A DNA stretch of 64,000 nt from Gammaproteobacteria bacterium. Its GTDB lineage: Bacteria; Pseudomonadota; Gammaproteobacteria; Steroidobacterales; Steroidobacteraceae. The stretch is from contig JANYJY010000010.1 of the NCBI GenBank assembly GCA_025358295.1, positions 25,913-89,912 on the forward strand. Reading direction: 5' to 3'. A model generated the notes under the pieces. It worked only from the letters and a program-made list of their open reading frames with translations. It had not been told where the DNA came from and made no database searches. Of the stretch, positions 37,410 to 46,746 are shown one piece after another (within the stretch, counting starts at the first letter, position 1; each line of letters starts with the position of its first letter). The translations under genes and the position numbers were made by a program.

Positions 37410-38116
37410 TCGAACTCTATTTCTATCCTTCGCCTAACGGCTTGAAAATCGCCATCATGCTCGAAGAATGCGCGCTGCCCTACCAGGTGCGGTTCGTCGA
37501 CATTACGCGGGGCGCGCAATTCGATCCGAAGTTCTTGGAATTCAGCCCCAACAACAAGATTCCTGCGCTCATCGAGACCGATGCGGACGGCGGCCCCATA
37601 CGGCTGTTCGAATCCGGCGCCATCTTGGTCTATCTCGCTGAGCGCACGGGTCGCTTCCTGCCGACCGACCCGCACAGCCGCTACCAGTGCCTGGCATGGC
37701 TTTTCTGGCAGGTGGGCGGCCTCGGCCCCATGGCGGGACAAGCACATCACTTTCGTGCATTCGCCTCTGAAAATGTGCCCTACGGAATCCGCCGCTACAC
37801 CGACGAGGTGAACCGGCTGTACGGAGTGATGGACCGCAGGCTCGCAGATCGCGAATGGCTCGCCGGGGACTATTCCATTGCCGACATGGCGTGTTATCCC
37901 TGGATCGTACCGCACGAACGCCAGGGTCAAAGGCTCGAGGACTTTACGCATCTAAAGCGCTGGTTCGACGCCATGAGCGCCCGGCCCGGGGTGCAGCGCG
38001 GGCTGGCGCGCGGCAACGAGCGAGCGGCGGATGAAATCGGCCATACCTTTCTTTATGGACAATCGGCTGCAACAGTCAAAGACGAGGAAGCGCGCCGCGC
38101 GCAATCACCCAAATGA
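37406..38116 (+). CDS. Nu-class (YfcG/YghU-like) glutathione S-transferase
   Basis: 236 aa from the ATG at 37406, internal to listed ORF 36863..38116: MIELYFYPSPNGLKIAIMLEE...FSPNNKIPALI. This closely follows the YfcG N-terminus as I remember it. The start overlaps the SDR stop (ATGA). Confidence 0.85.
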   Translation: MIELYFYPSPNGLKIAIMLEECALPYQVRFVDITRGAQFDPKFLEFSPNNKIPALIETDADGGPIRLFESGAILVYLAERTGRFLPTDPHSRYQCLAWLFWQVGGLGPMAGQAHHFRAFASENVPYGIRRYTDEVNRLYGVMDRRLADREWLAGDYSIADMACYPWIVPHERQGQRLEDFTHLKRWFDAMSARPGVQRGLARGNERAADEIGHTFLYGQSAATVKDEEARRAQSPK

Positions 38117-39030
38117 ACGGCCCCATATTGCACGCTTACGACGCATCACCCTTCACCCAGCGCGCCCTGCGGCTGCTCGGAATCAAGAACGTGGACTGGC
38201 GCTGGGTCGAGACACCCATGATGCCCCCCAAGGATGATCTGCTGCTGCTGACCGGCGGTTATCGCGGCACGCCGGTACTGCAGTTCGGCAGCGACGTTTA
38301 CGTGGACTCGCAACTGATCGCGATGGAACTGGAACGCCGCTATCCGCTGCCGGCGCTATTTCCATCGGGCAGAACCGGACTCGACCTGGCGCTGGTCAAA
38401 TGGAGCGATGCTTTTTTCCGCAGCGCGCTCCACATCGTGCTCGCGCTACAAGCGGCCTCCTGGCCCGAGGCGTTTCGCCAGGATCGCGAACAAGTGTTCG
38501 CGGATATCGATTTCTCCAAAGCCGGGCATGCACTCGAGGATTCGCGCGCGCAATTTCGGGCACATGCGTACCTGCTCGAACAGCAGCTCGCGGACGGCGG
38601 CGCCTTTCTCGGCGGCGACTCGCCTGGATTGACCGATTCGCAGGTCTACCCCGTCGTATGGCTGATGCGCGCGGCTCTGCCGGAGGTCACCGGTCAATTG
38701 CTCATAGATCTCCCGCGGCTGGCTGCGTGGGAAGGCCGGGTCGCGGAACTCGGCGAAGGACGGCGAACGCGGATCGATGCCGGCGCCGCGCTCGAGGAGG
38801 CGCTTCGATCCGAACCCGTGCCGTACCTGGACATTGATCCCTACGACGCGCAAGCATTGACGCCGGGCATGCGAGTCCGCGTGTCGGCCGACGACACCCG
38901 CCGCGGCGAGGTCGAGGGCGAGGTCACCGTAGCATTGCCGAACAGAATTTCGGTCCGCCGTTCGCATCCGCGCATCGGCACCGTCGTGGTCCATTTCCCG
39001 CGCCTGGGCTATCGGGTCGCCCGCCTCTAA
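38113..39030 (+). CDS. GST-fold protein with C-terminal extension (paralog 2)
   Basis: 305 aa: ILHAYDASPFTQRALRLLGIKNV...YRGTPVLQFG. The tail is ...MRVRVSADDTRRGEVEGEV...VHFPRLGYRV, the same architecture as 27224..28150. The start overlaps the previous stop (ATGA). Confidence 0.7.
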   Translation: MNGPILHAYDASPFTQRALRLLGIKNVDWRWVETPMMPPKDDLLLLTGGYRGTPVLQFGSDVYVDSQLIAMELERRYPLPALFPSGRTGLDLALVKWSDAFFRSALHIVLALQAASWPEAFRQDREQVFADIDFSKAGHALEDSRAQFRAHAYLLEQQLADGGAFLGGDSPGLTDSQVYPVVWLMRAALPEVTGQLLIDLPRLAAWEGRVAELGEGRRTRIDAGAALEEALRSEPVPYLDIDPYDAQALTPGMRVRVSADDTRRGEVEGEVTVALPNRISVRRSHPRIGTVVVHFPRLGYRVARL

Positions 39031-39125
39031 ACGTTTCCGCGGAAACGTCTGTGGATAAGTCTTCGAACCGCACCGCAGCATCAAAGACTTGTACTTTATT
39101 CTGCGATCATCCTATTATACAAAAC

Positions 39126-39143
39126 AATCAGTACTGACTGTTT
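39126..39143. promoter_or_regulatory. Island palindrome site 4: AATCAGTACTGACTGTTT
   Basis: Lies 26 nt upstream of the E1-alpha ATG at 39169, after the GST-like gene ends at 39030. Confidence 0.55.
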
Positions 39144-39168
39144 TTTTATTTTGCTGCAGGGGGGAGAA

Positions 39169-40143
39169 ATGGCCGATCAATCCTACGATCCGATCATGCT
39201 GCTGGACGCCTATCGGCGCATGCGCGCCATCCGGGACTTTGAGGAACGCATGCGGCGTGAAGTCCAAGCCGGCACGGTGCCGGGATTTGTGCACTTGTAT
39301 TGCGGTCAAGAAGCTGTCGCCGTCGGCACCTGTATGCACCTGCTCGATACTGATTATATCGGCAGCACCCACCGCGGCCACGGACACTGCATCGCCAAGG
39401 GTTGCGACATCGGCGACATGCTGCTCGAGATCTATTGTAAGCAGGGCGGCCTGTGCAACGGCAAGGGTGGCTCGATGCACATTGCCGATTTGCGCAAGGG
39501 GATGCTCGGCGCCAATGCCATCGTGGGCGCGGCGCCGCCGATTGCCGTCGGCGCGGCATTGAGCCAGTCCACGCTGCAAACCGGTGGGGTTACCGTCACT
39601 TTCATCGGTGACGGGGCGTCCAATCAAGGCACGGTTGCCGAATCCTTGAACATGGCATCCATCCTGAAACTGCCGCTGATATTTCTTTATGAGAACAACG
39701 GCTATGCCGAGTTCACCGGCATCTCATACCACTTGGGCGGCAATATCGCGCGCCGCGCCGCGGGCTTCGGCATGCCGGGCGAGACCGTGGACGGAGTCGA
39801 CTTTTTCGCCGTCTATGACGCCGTCGGCCGCGCGGTGGAACGGGCGCGCAAAGGCGAAGGCCCGAGCGCCGTCGAGGCCGTCGCGATGCGCTGGTATGGT
39901 CATTTCGAAGGCGACATGCAGCTGTACCGGGATCCCCAAGAAGTGGATCGCCTGCGCGCGACTGCCGATCCTCTCGTCAAATTCGAGGACCGCGCAATCC
40001 GCGATTTCGGAATCTCCAAAGATGAATTGGTGGAAATCGATGAGGAAATCGCGGAACTGATCGAGGACCGCGTTGTGGCGGCGAAAGCAGCGCCCAAGCC
40101 GCCGCGCGAAGCGCTATACACAGACGTCTACGGGAGTTACTGA
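39169..40143 (+). CDS. TPP-dependent E1 alpha subunit, AcoA-like (second copy)
   Basis: 324 aa from the ATG at 39169 with a GGGGAG SD (the listed start 39151 is a TTG). Motifs: STHRGHGHCIAKG and GDGASNQG. Confidence 0.9.
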   Translation: MADQSYDPIMLLDAYRRMRAIRDFEERMRREVQAGTVPGFVHLYCGQEAVAVGTCMHLLDTDYIGSTHRGHGHCIAKGCDIGDMLLEIYCKQGGLCNGKGGSMHIADLRKGMLGANAIVGAAPPIAVGAALSQSTLQTGGVTVTFIGDGASNQGTVAESLNMASILKLPLIFLYENNGYAEFTGISYHLGGNIARRAAGFGMPGETVDGVDFFAVYDAVGRAVERARKGEGPSAVEAVAMRWYGHFEGDMQLYRDPQEVDRLRATADPLVKFEDRAIRDFGISKDELVEIDEEIAELIEDRVVAAKAAPKPPREALYTDVYGSY

Positions 40144-40144
40144 T

Positions 40145-41173
40145 ATGCCGATCAAGTCGTTTCGCGACGCCATCAATGAGACCCTCAAGCAGGAGATGCG
40201 TCGCGATTCGCGCGTCATCGTCATGGGCGAGGATGTGGTCGGCGGCATGGGCGGCAGCTCCGGCGTGGCCGAAGCCGCCGGCGGCACCTTCGGCGTCACT
40301 GCGGGACTCGCGGCCGAGTTCGGACGGCGGCGCGTCATCGATACGCCGATTACCGAATCGGCCATCATCGGCGCGGCGGGCGGCGCCGCACTCACCGGTC
40401 TGCGGCCGGTGGCGGAACTCATGTTCATCGACTTCATCGGCGTCTGCCTCGACCAGATCCTGAATCAGCAGGCCAAATTTCGCTACATGTTCGGCGGTAA
40501 ATGCAGCGTCCCCGTCACCATTCGCACCTTGATGGGTGCCGGACTCGGCGCCGGGCCGCAGCATTCGCAGAGCTTGCACGCCATTCTCACGTCCATTCCC
40601 GGCATCAAGGTGGTCTTGCCGTCGAATGCCGCGGATGCCAAGGGCTTGCTGGCGACGGCGATTCGCGACGATGATCCGGTCATTTTTTGTGAGCATAAAT
40701 TCCTCTACGGCGAAAGCTGCGAAGTACCGGACGGCGAATATCTGATTCCCTTCGGTAAAGCCAACGTGACGCGCCGCGGCAGCCACGTGACCGTCGTGGC
40801 CTTCTCACGCATGGTATTGCTCGCCAACAAGGTCGCCGACAAGTTGGCGAAGGAAGGGATTTCCGTGGAAGTGATCGATCCGCGCACCACCTCGCCGCTC
40901 GACCGCGACAGCATCCTGGAGTCGATCGAGAAAACCGGCCGTCTCGTGGTTGTCGATGAGGGAGGCCCGCTATGCGGCATGGCGAGTGAAATCGCGAGCC
41001 TGGCGGCGTGCCATGCATTGTCGGCATTGAAGGCGCCTGTGCAAAAAGTGACGCCGCCGCACACCCCGGTGCCGGCGACGCCGCATTTGGAACAGGATTG
41101 GGTGCCCTCGCCGGAGAAGATCGAACTTGCGATCCGCACCACCTTGGACCAGAAGCTGGCGCGTACCGGATGA
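40145..41173 (+). CDS. TPP-dependent E1 beta subunit, AcoB-like (second copy)
   Basis: 342 aa from the ATG at 40145 (MPIKSFRDAINETLKQEM...VIVMGEDV...VIDTPITESAIIGAAGGAAL). Confidence 0.9.
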   Translation: MPIKSFRDAINETLKQEMRRDSRVIVMGEDVVGGMGGSSGVAEAAGGTFGVTAGLAAEFGRRRVIDTPITESAIIGAAGGAALTGLRPVAELMFIDFIGVCLDQILNQQAKFRYMFGGKCSVPVTIRTLMGAGLGAGPQHSQSLHAILTSIPGIKVVLPSNAADAKGLLATAIRDDDPVIFCEHKFLYGESCEVPDGEYLIPFGKANVTRRGSHVTVVAFSRMVLLANKVADKLAKEGISVEVIDPRTTSPLDRDSILESIEKTGRLVVVDEGGPLCGMASEIASLAACHALSALKAPVQKVTPPHTPVPATPHLEQDWVPSPEKIELAIRTTLDQKLARTG

Positions 41174-41472
41174 GTCAGACCACCGGTTACGGCTGCTACA
41201 TGCGCGTGCGCACCAAGCCGCACAAGCGCGACGAATTCGTGCGGCTGATTTTGGAGCTGCGCCGGCAGGCGCTTGCCAACGAACCTGCAACGCTGTTCTT
41301 CGAATTCTTTCAGGCGGCGGACAGCAATGAATTCGTATTCCTCGAGGGCTTCGTCGATGAGTCCGCACAGCAACGGCATCAACAAGCTCCTTACCATTTG
41401 GCGATGTCGGAGGCAGGATGGGCATGCTTGGACGGACAGCCGACCATCGAATTCATGAAGCCGGCGCGCTAG
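41170..41472 (+). CDS. ABM-domain protein
   Basis: 100 aa from the internal ATG at 41170: MSQTTGYGCYMRVRTKPHKRDEFVRLILELRRQAL...FLEGFVDESAQQRHQQAPYH. The start overlaps the E1-beta stop (ATGA). Confidence 0.6.
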   Translation: MSQTTGYGCYMRVRTKPHKRDEFVRLILELRRQALANEPATLFFEFFQAADSNEFVFLEGFVDESAQQRHQQAPYHLAMSEAGWACLDGQPTIEFMKPAR

Positions 41473-43457
41473 CCGCCGCGCTGATTGGGCTGATCTTCGC
41501 GTCGGCTTGCTGGGCTGAGGCCCCCGGCGTGGTGACGTCCAGCGTGGTGACGCCCAGCGTGACCGCGGGTTGGAGCTATTACGGCGGCACCAGCGACGGC
41601 ACGCGTTATTCGACGGCGCATCAAATCAATCGCGATAATGTCGCCGACCTGCGCTTGGCCTGGAGCTATTCCACCGGAGAGATGCAGCGGCGCGGCGCGG
41701 ATTTGATCGCTAACAGCTCCACCGAGACCACCCCTATCCTGGTCGACGGCAATCTCGTGTTCTGCACGCCCTTCAATCGCCTGGTGGCGCTCGATCCGGG
41801 CACCGGCCGCGAGCGCTGGAGCCTGGATCCGAAAATCGACCTGAGCCACCCGATTCCCTATCAATACAATTGCCGCGGCGTGTCCTTCTGGCGCGACAGC
41901 CAGAGCATGGGGCCGCAGCTGTGCGCCACGCGCATATTCATGGCCACCAACGACTCGCGCATCATCGCCGTGGACGCGGCCACCGGCAGGCGCTGCCCCA
42001 ACTTCGGCGTCAACGGGGAAGTCACCCTCGTCCGCGATGCGCCGCCGAAATTTCCCGGGGAAGTCTCCATTTGTTCAGCGCCCGTGGTCGCGCGTGATGT
42101 GGTGGCCGTCGGCTCTTTCATCATGGACAACCTGCGCACCGATGCGCCCTCCGGGACGGTGTTCGGCGTGGATGTGCGATCCGGGGCGCTGCGCTGGAAA
42201 TTCGAGCCGGTGCCCCGCGATCCGGCGGATCCCGCCATGTCGACTTGGCTCGAGGGTAGCGCGACGCGAACCGGCGCCGCCAATGTGTGGTCGACCATGG
42301 TCGCAGACGAAGTGCGCGGCATCATCTATGCGCCGGTGGGTTCCGCCTCGCCGGATTTCTACGGCGGTGCGCGCAAAGGCAATAATTCATATTCCAGCTC
42401 GCTTGTAGCGCTCGATGCGACCACGGGCCGGCCCATATGGAATTTCCAGAGCGTGCATCACGATGTGTGGGATTACGATGTGTCGGCTCCCCCGCTGCTC
42501 GCGACTCTGCGCAAGGACGGCGCCAACATTCCGGTCGTCGTGCAGAACACCAAACAGGGCTTCGTGTGGGTGCTCAATCGCGAAGACGGCAAGCCGGTAT
42601 TCGGAGCGGTCGAGAAGCCCGTGCCGCAGAACGGACTGCCCGGCGAATGGCTCTCGCCCACCCAGCCTTTTCCGATCAAGCCCGCCCCGCTGGTGCCGCT
42701 CACATTGACGCCCGACGATGCCTGGGGATTCACGTTTTGGGACAAGCGCGCCTGCCGCAAGAAAATCGAATCACTGCGATCGCAAGGCATTTTCACACCG
42801 GCGTCGACCGCACCGGGCACGCTGTTGGTGCCGGGTTCGGCGGGCGGCGCAAACTGGGGTGGAGCGGCCTACGACGCCGAACATCAACTGATGATCGTCA
42901 ATGTCAACCGCGCGGCACAGGTCGTGATCATGATTCCGCGCAAGCAGATTCCGAGCCTCACCGGCATCAGCCTCGCCAACGGCACGGATGTCTCGGCGGC
43001 GACCGGCACGCCCTATGGCGTGCACCGCGAATGGCTGCTGTCGCCATGGGGCGCGCCCTGCAGTCCGCCCCCCTGGGGCGAGCTCGTCGCCCTCGATCTG
43101 TCGGACGGCAGCGTGCGCTGGCGAGTGCCTCTAGGGTCGATCGAGAAGCATCTGCCTTTCCACTTCGAGTGGAATCTGGGCACACCGAATCTGGGCGGCC
43201 CCATCGTCACGTCCGGCGGATTGGTGTTCATCGCCGCCACGATGGACGGATTTCTGCGAGCCTTCGATCTGCAATCGGGAAAAATGCTGTGGCGGGTCGA
43301 GCTGCCGGCCGGCGGCCAGGCGACGCCCATGACCTATGAAATCGGCGGGCGGCAGTATCTGGTCATGGTGACCGGACATCACATGTGGTTTGGCTCTCCG
43401 GCGGGCGACGCAGTGGTCGCCTACGCCCTCCCCGACTCCCGCGCCGCGGCGCACTAG
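41418..43457 (+). CDS. Exported PQQ-dependent dehydrogenase, glucose/quinate/shikimate-dehydrogenase family (no N-terminal membrane domain)
   Basis: 679 aa. Has a signal-like N-terminus (...ALAAALIGLIFASACWA). Motifs: WSYYGGTSDGTRYS..QINRDNV..L.LAWSY and ...TPILVDGNLVFCT...ALDPGTGRERW. No alternative in-frame start exists downstream of the ABM stop, so the overlap of about 50 nt appears real. Confidence 0.85.
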   Translation: MGMLGRTADHRIHEAGALAAALIGLIFASACWAEAPGVVTSSVVTPSVTAGWSYYGGTSDGTRYSTAHQINRDNVADLRLAWSYSTGEMQRRGADLIANSSTETTPILVDGNLVFCTPFNRLVALDPGTGRERWSLDPKIDLSHPIPYQYNCRGVSFWRDSQSMGPQLCATRIFMATNDSRIIAVDAATGRRCPNFGVNGEVTLVRDAPPKFPGEVSICSAPVVARDVVAVGSFIMDNLRTDAPSGTVFGVDVRSGALRWKFEPVPRDPADPAMSTWLEGSATRTGAANVWSTMVADEVRGIIYAPVGSASPDFYGGARKGNNSYSSSLVALDATTGRPIWNFQSVHHDVWDYDVSAPPLLATLRKDGANIPVVVQNTKQGFVWVLNREDGKPVFGAVEKPVPQNGLPGEWLSPTQPFPIKPAPLVPLTLTPDDAWGFTFWDKRACRKKIESLRSQGIFTPASTAPGTLLVPGSAGGANWGGAAYDAEHQLMIVNVNRAAQVVIMIPRKQIPSLTGISLANGTDVSAATGTPYGVHREWLLSPWGAPCSPPPWGELVALDLSDGSVRWRVPLGSIEKHLPFHFEWNLGTPNLGGPIVTSGGLVFIAATMDGFLRAFDLQSGKMLWRVELPAGGQATPMTYEIGGRQYLVMVTGHHMWFGSPAGDAVVAYALPDSRAAAH

Positions 43458-44725
43458 ATCGGTTCGAGGGTCACCCACAATTCGCGCAAATTGCGGCCGA
43501 AGAAGCTCGGTTGGTAGTCAGGCTCGGCATGACCGACCAACAGCGAAAAACCCCGGTAGCGATCCAGCAGCGCGCTGAAGGCGCTGCTCAGCTCCTGACG
43601 CGCCAACTGCGCGCCGATGCAGTGATGCCGGCCGATGCCAAGCGCCAAGTGCTTACCCGGCTGCTTGCGATCAAGATCGATGCGATCCGCATCCGGGAAC
43701 TGCGCCTCGTCGCGATTGGCCGAGCCGAATCGCAGCGACAACAAGTCCCCGGCGGCCAGTTCCACGCCGCCGAGTAGCGTCGGTTTCACGACCCGCCGAA
43801 ACATGCCCTGCGCGGGCGACTCCAGTCGCAGGATCTCCTCCACCAGATTGGCAGTCAGGTTGCGATCGGCCCGCAGCTCCGCCAGGGCCTTTGGGTCGCG
43901 GATCAGCAGCAGCAGCCCGGACGTGATGGCAGCGGTGGTCGTCTCATTGCCGGACGCGAGCAAGTCGATGGTGATGATGGTGAGCTGTTCTTGGAGATTG
44001 AAATTCGTCTCCGGGCGGGCCGAGGCTTGTACCAATTCAGACAACAAATCCGCACGCGGCGCGCGGCGCCGCTGTTCCAGCTCGGCGGCGAAGTAATGCT
44101 GCATCTCCACGACCAGCCGCGCGCACTCCAGTTCGCGCTCCGCGGATACCATCATGCTGAAAGGCTCGACAATGGCATCGGACCAGGCTTTGAAGCGGTT
44201 CAGATCGTCGTGCGGAATGCCGATCAGGTCGGCGATGACGATCATCGGCAGCGGATGCGCGAACTCGTGCACGAACTCAATACCGGTGCGTCCGGCGAGA
44301 CCGTCCAGCAGTGCGACGGCCGTGCGATCGATCAGAGGCTTGATCCCACGCACACGCTGCACGGTGAACAAAGGCTCCAGGAACTTGCGCACGCGCGTGT
44401 GCACCGGCGGATCGGAAGTCGAACACGATGCCAGCGGCAGCCAACCCTGCTTCTGGTAGACATCGATGATTTCCTGCGGCACGCCGTCGGGCTTGATCGC
44501 CATGGGGCTGACGCCGCTCTCGTACAAGTCCGGATGACGCATGATCTCGCGGCAAAGCTCGAAACTCGTCACGAGATAGAACCCGTTCTGCGGCATGCGG
44601 TACACGGGCGCCTGAGCGCGCGCAGCCTTGTAGAAATCATAGGGACATTGCTGCACCTGCGGTTCCATAAGGTTCCAGGAATCGAGGGCAACGGGCACGT
44701 TTTGATTATCCATTTCTGACTTCAT
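43454..44725 (-). CDS. Cytochrome P450
   Basis: 423 aa. Has I-helix LLASGNETTT, an ExxR (EEILRLES) and the haem-thiolate loop LGIGRHHCIG. The start overlaps the upstream quinohemoprotein stop (ATGA). Confidence 0.9.
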   Translation of the reverse strand: MKSEMDNQNVPVALDSWNLMEPQVQQCPYDFYKAARAQAPVYRMPQNGFYLVTSFELCREIMRHPDLYESGVSPMAIKPDGVPQEIIDVYQKQGWLPLASCSTSDPPVHTRVRKFLEPLFTVQRVRGIKPLIDRTAVALLDGLAGRTGIEFVHEFAHPLPMIVIADLIGIPHDDLNRFKAWSDAIVEPFSMMVSAERELECARLVVEMQHYFAAELEQRRRAPRADLLSELVQASARPETNFNLQEQLTIITIDLLASGNETTTAAITSGLLLLIRDPKALAELRADRNLTANLVEEILRLESPAQGMFRRVVKPTLLGGVELAAGDLLSLRFGSANRDEAQFPDADRIDLDRKQPGKHLALGIGRHHCIGAQLARQELSSAFSALLDRYRGFSLLVGHAEPDYQPSFFGRNLRELWVTLEPI

Positions 44726-46581
44726 CTACCGTCGACGGAAAAGACCAACAACACATTGCCGCCCATCCGGCCGCCGAATAGGTAACCGGAATTCACCACC
44801 ACACGGCCGTTCGCAACGACCGCGCCGGCACTCTCTATCGAGCCGCCGTGCGCCTTACCGCCGCCCACCGTATCGAATTGACCATGGGTATCGAAGGACC
44901 AAAGCAGCTGACCGTCGCGTTCACGGTAGGCGCGCAGCCAGCCGTCGAAGGACGGCTGAAACACAGCGCCCGGAATCGACGTCGCCGGCGGCGAATAACC
45001 GCGATCGCAAGCCGGCTTGTCCGCTGCCGCGCAGACATCGGGCGCGGCCGCGAACCACTTGATCGCGCCGCTCTCGGGACTAAGTGCAAACAGCCCGGGT
45101 TTCGCTTCGCCCTTCTCGGTGCCGAGAAATATCGTATCGGCATTCGGCGCGTACAAAACCGATGCTGAGGCGGCCATGCCCCAATGCACTCCTCCGGCAA
45201 ATCCTCCCCGTCCATACTTGACGTGCCAGACCAGCGTGCCGTCGTCCGGGTTCAACGCGAAAACATCGGCAGATTTCTCTCCCACGAGCAGCACATCTTT
45301 GCCGCTCTTGAGTTTATGCAGGATGGGCGGCGCGCCGATATCGAGATCCGGGCCGTTCTCCAGAGGACAGTTCGGTCCGCCGCCGATGAAACACGCCATG
45401 TTCCAGGCATCGTGCTGAATCGACTGATGCCACCACAACATGCGACCCGTATCCAAATCGTAGGCGATGACTGCATCGCTTTGCGGTACCGCGGGTGAGG
45501 TGTAGGACTCGCCGGTGCCCACGTACAGGCGCCGACGCTTTACATCGATGGTAGGAGAATTCCAAACCGGCGCACCGGCCGGAGCGTGACGCAATGTCCC
45601 CGCCGATGTGCGCTCACCGGTCGCTTGCGGCTCACCCGGAATCGAATAGCTTCGCCACACGACATGTCCGTCAGTGGCGTCCAGTGCCGCCACACCGCCG
45701 CGGAAGGTGCAGCATTCGTAACTGGGATCCGCCGCCGCCGACCATTCATTCGACGACAGGGGAACGTAGAGACGGCCGGCGTAGTAGCGCGGCGAACCCG
45801 TGATGGTCAGCCGCGGATGCGCATCCACTCGGGTCGTCCATAACAGCTTGCCGCTCAAGGCATCGAGCGCATACGCATTGCCGCTGAAATCGCCGAACCA
45901 CAATCGGGGCCGTGCCTTGACATCACCCTTGCGCCAGGGCTCGAGGATCGGGCTGACGCGAACCTCCGCCGCGGCCTGAAAACTCCAGCGAACGCAACCG
46001 GTGTCGTAGTCCAGCGCATACACCGTGCCGTCCTGACTGCCGACGAAAATTGCACCCGCACCGATGGTGGGCTGCGAGCGGGCGCGCGAGGCGCCCGGAA
46101 AGGCAAAAGCCCATTTAAATTTCAAGCGCGGCACGTCGCGGGCGTCGAGACCTGCCGCAGCCGCATCGATGTGGCGGGAATTCTCGAGGGTCATGCCCCA
46201 ACCCGCCAGTGGTGGGGGGCTGCGCAAATCGAATTGCTGGCGATCCGCCGGACACTCAGGTCCCGCCACCTGCCCCGAGACGGGCAGAGCGGCGCCACCC
46301 AGGAATTCCGCCACCGACTGCCGCTCGCCGGGGGTCAGGTGGGAGCCCTGCTCCTGCATCGCCCCGGACTCCAGGGCCGACATGATCGCCCGCGGACCGA
46401 GCATTTGGAATTCAACCGAATGAGGCGCCCGCGGTACCCCGCCTTCATGACAGGTGGCGCAAATCGAGCCGTAGATTTCCGCGGGTGGCCGCTCAGCGGC
46501 TGCGGAAACCCCTGAATTTAAAGCCAAAATCGCCAGGATCACCGATCCCGACAGCCGTGCCAGCAAGCATTTATTTTGCAA
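44722..46581 (-). CDS. Exported quinohemoprotein: cytochrome c + PQQ propeller (PVADH-like, paralog 2)
   Basis: 619 aa. TTG start with a GGGGAG SD 8 nt upstream. Has a signal peptide (...ILALNSGVSAAAE), a CATCHEG haem c site and propeller repeats (GSQDGTVYALD, GKLLWT). Confidence 0.85.
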   Translation of the reverse strand: MQNKCLLARLSGSVILAILALNSGVSAAAERPPAEIYGSICATCHEGGVPRAPHSVEFQMLGPRAIMSALESGAMQEQGSHLTPGERQSVAEFLGGAALPVSGQVAGPECPADRQQFDLRSPPPLAGWGMTLENSRHIDAAAAGLDARDVPRLKFKWAFAFPGASRARSQPTIGAGAIFVGSQDGTVYALDYDTGCVRWSFQAAAEVRVSPILEPWRKGDVKARPRLWFGDFSGNAYALDALSGKLLWTTRVDAHPRLTITGSPRYYAGRLYVPLSSNEWSAAADPSYECCTFRGGVAALDATDGHVVWRSYSIPGEPQATGERTSAGTLRHAPAGAPVWNSPTIDVKRRRLYVGTGESYTSPAVPQSDAVIAYDLDTGRMLWWHQSIQHDAWNMACFIGGGPNCPLENGPDLDIGAPPILHKLKSGKDVLLVGEKSADVFALNPDDGTLVWHVKYGRGGFAGGVHWGMAASASVLYAPNADTIFLGTEKGEAKPGLFALSPESGAIKWFAAAPDVCAAADKPACDRGYSPPATSIPGAVFQPSFDGWLRAYRERDGQLLWSFDTHGQFDTVGGGKAHGGSIESAGAVVANGRVVVNSGYLFGGRMGGNVLLVFSVDGR

Positions 46582-46620
46582 GATATTGCTCCCCCGGGTA
46601 ATGCCCGGATAATAACAAAC

Positions 46621-46638
46621 AAACAGTCATGATTGTTT
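46621..46638. promoter_or_regulatory. Island palindrome site 5: AAACAGTCATGATTGTTT
   Basis: Lies in the divergent gap between the quinohemoprotein/P450 operon (start 46581) and the TonB-dependent receptor (start 46747). Confidence 0.55.
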
Positions 46639-46746
46639 TTTTCTCGATGTTGAGTTAAGTTCGCCGAAATAATGAAGGTTCCGCCGGGAACGATTTTTGC
46701 CGATGGCTTTACACAAGGCGGTTCGTCCGCCGCAAGGGGAGTTGAT

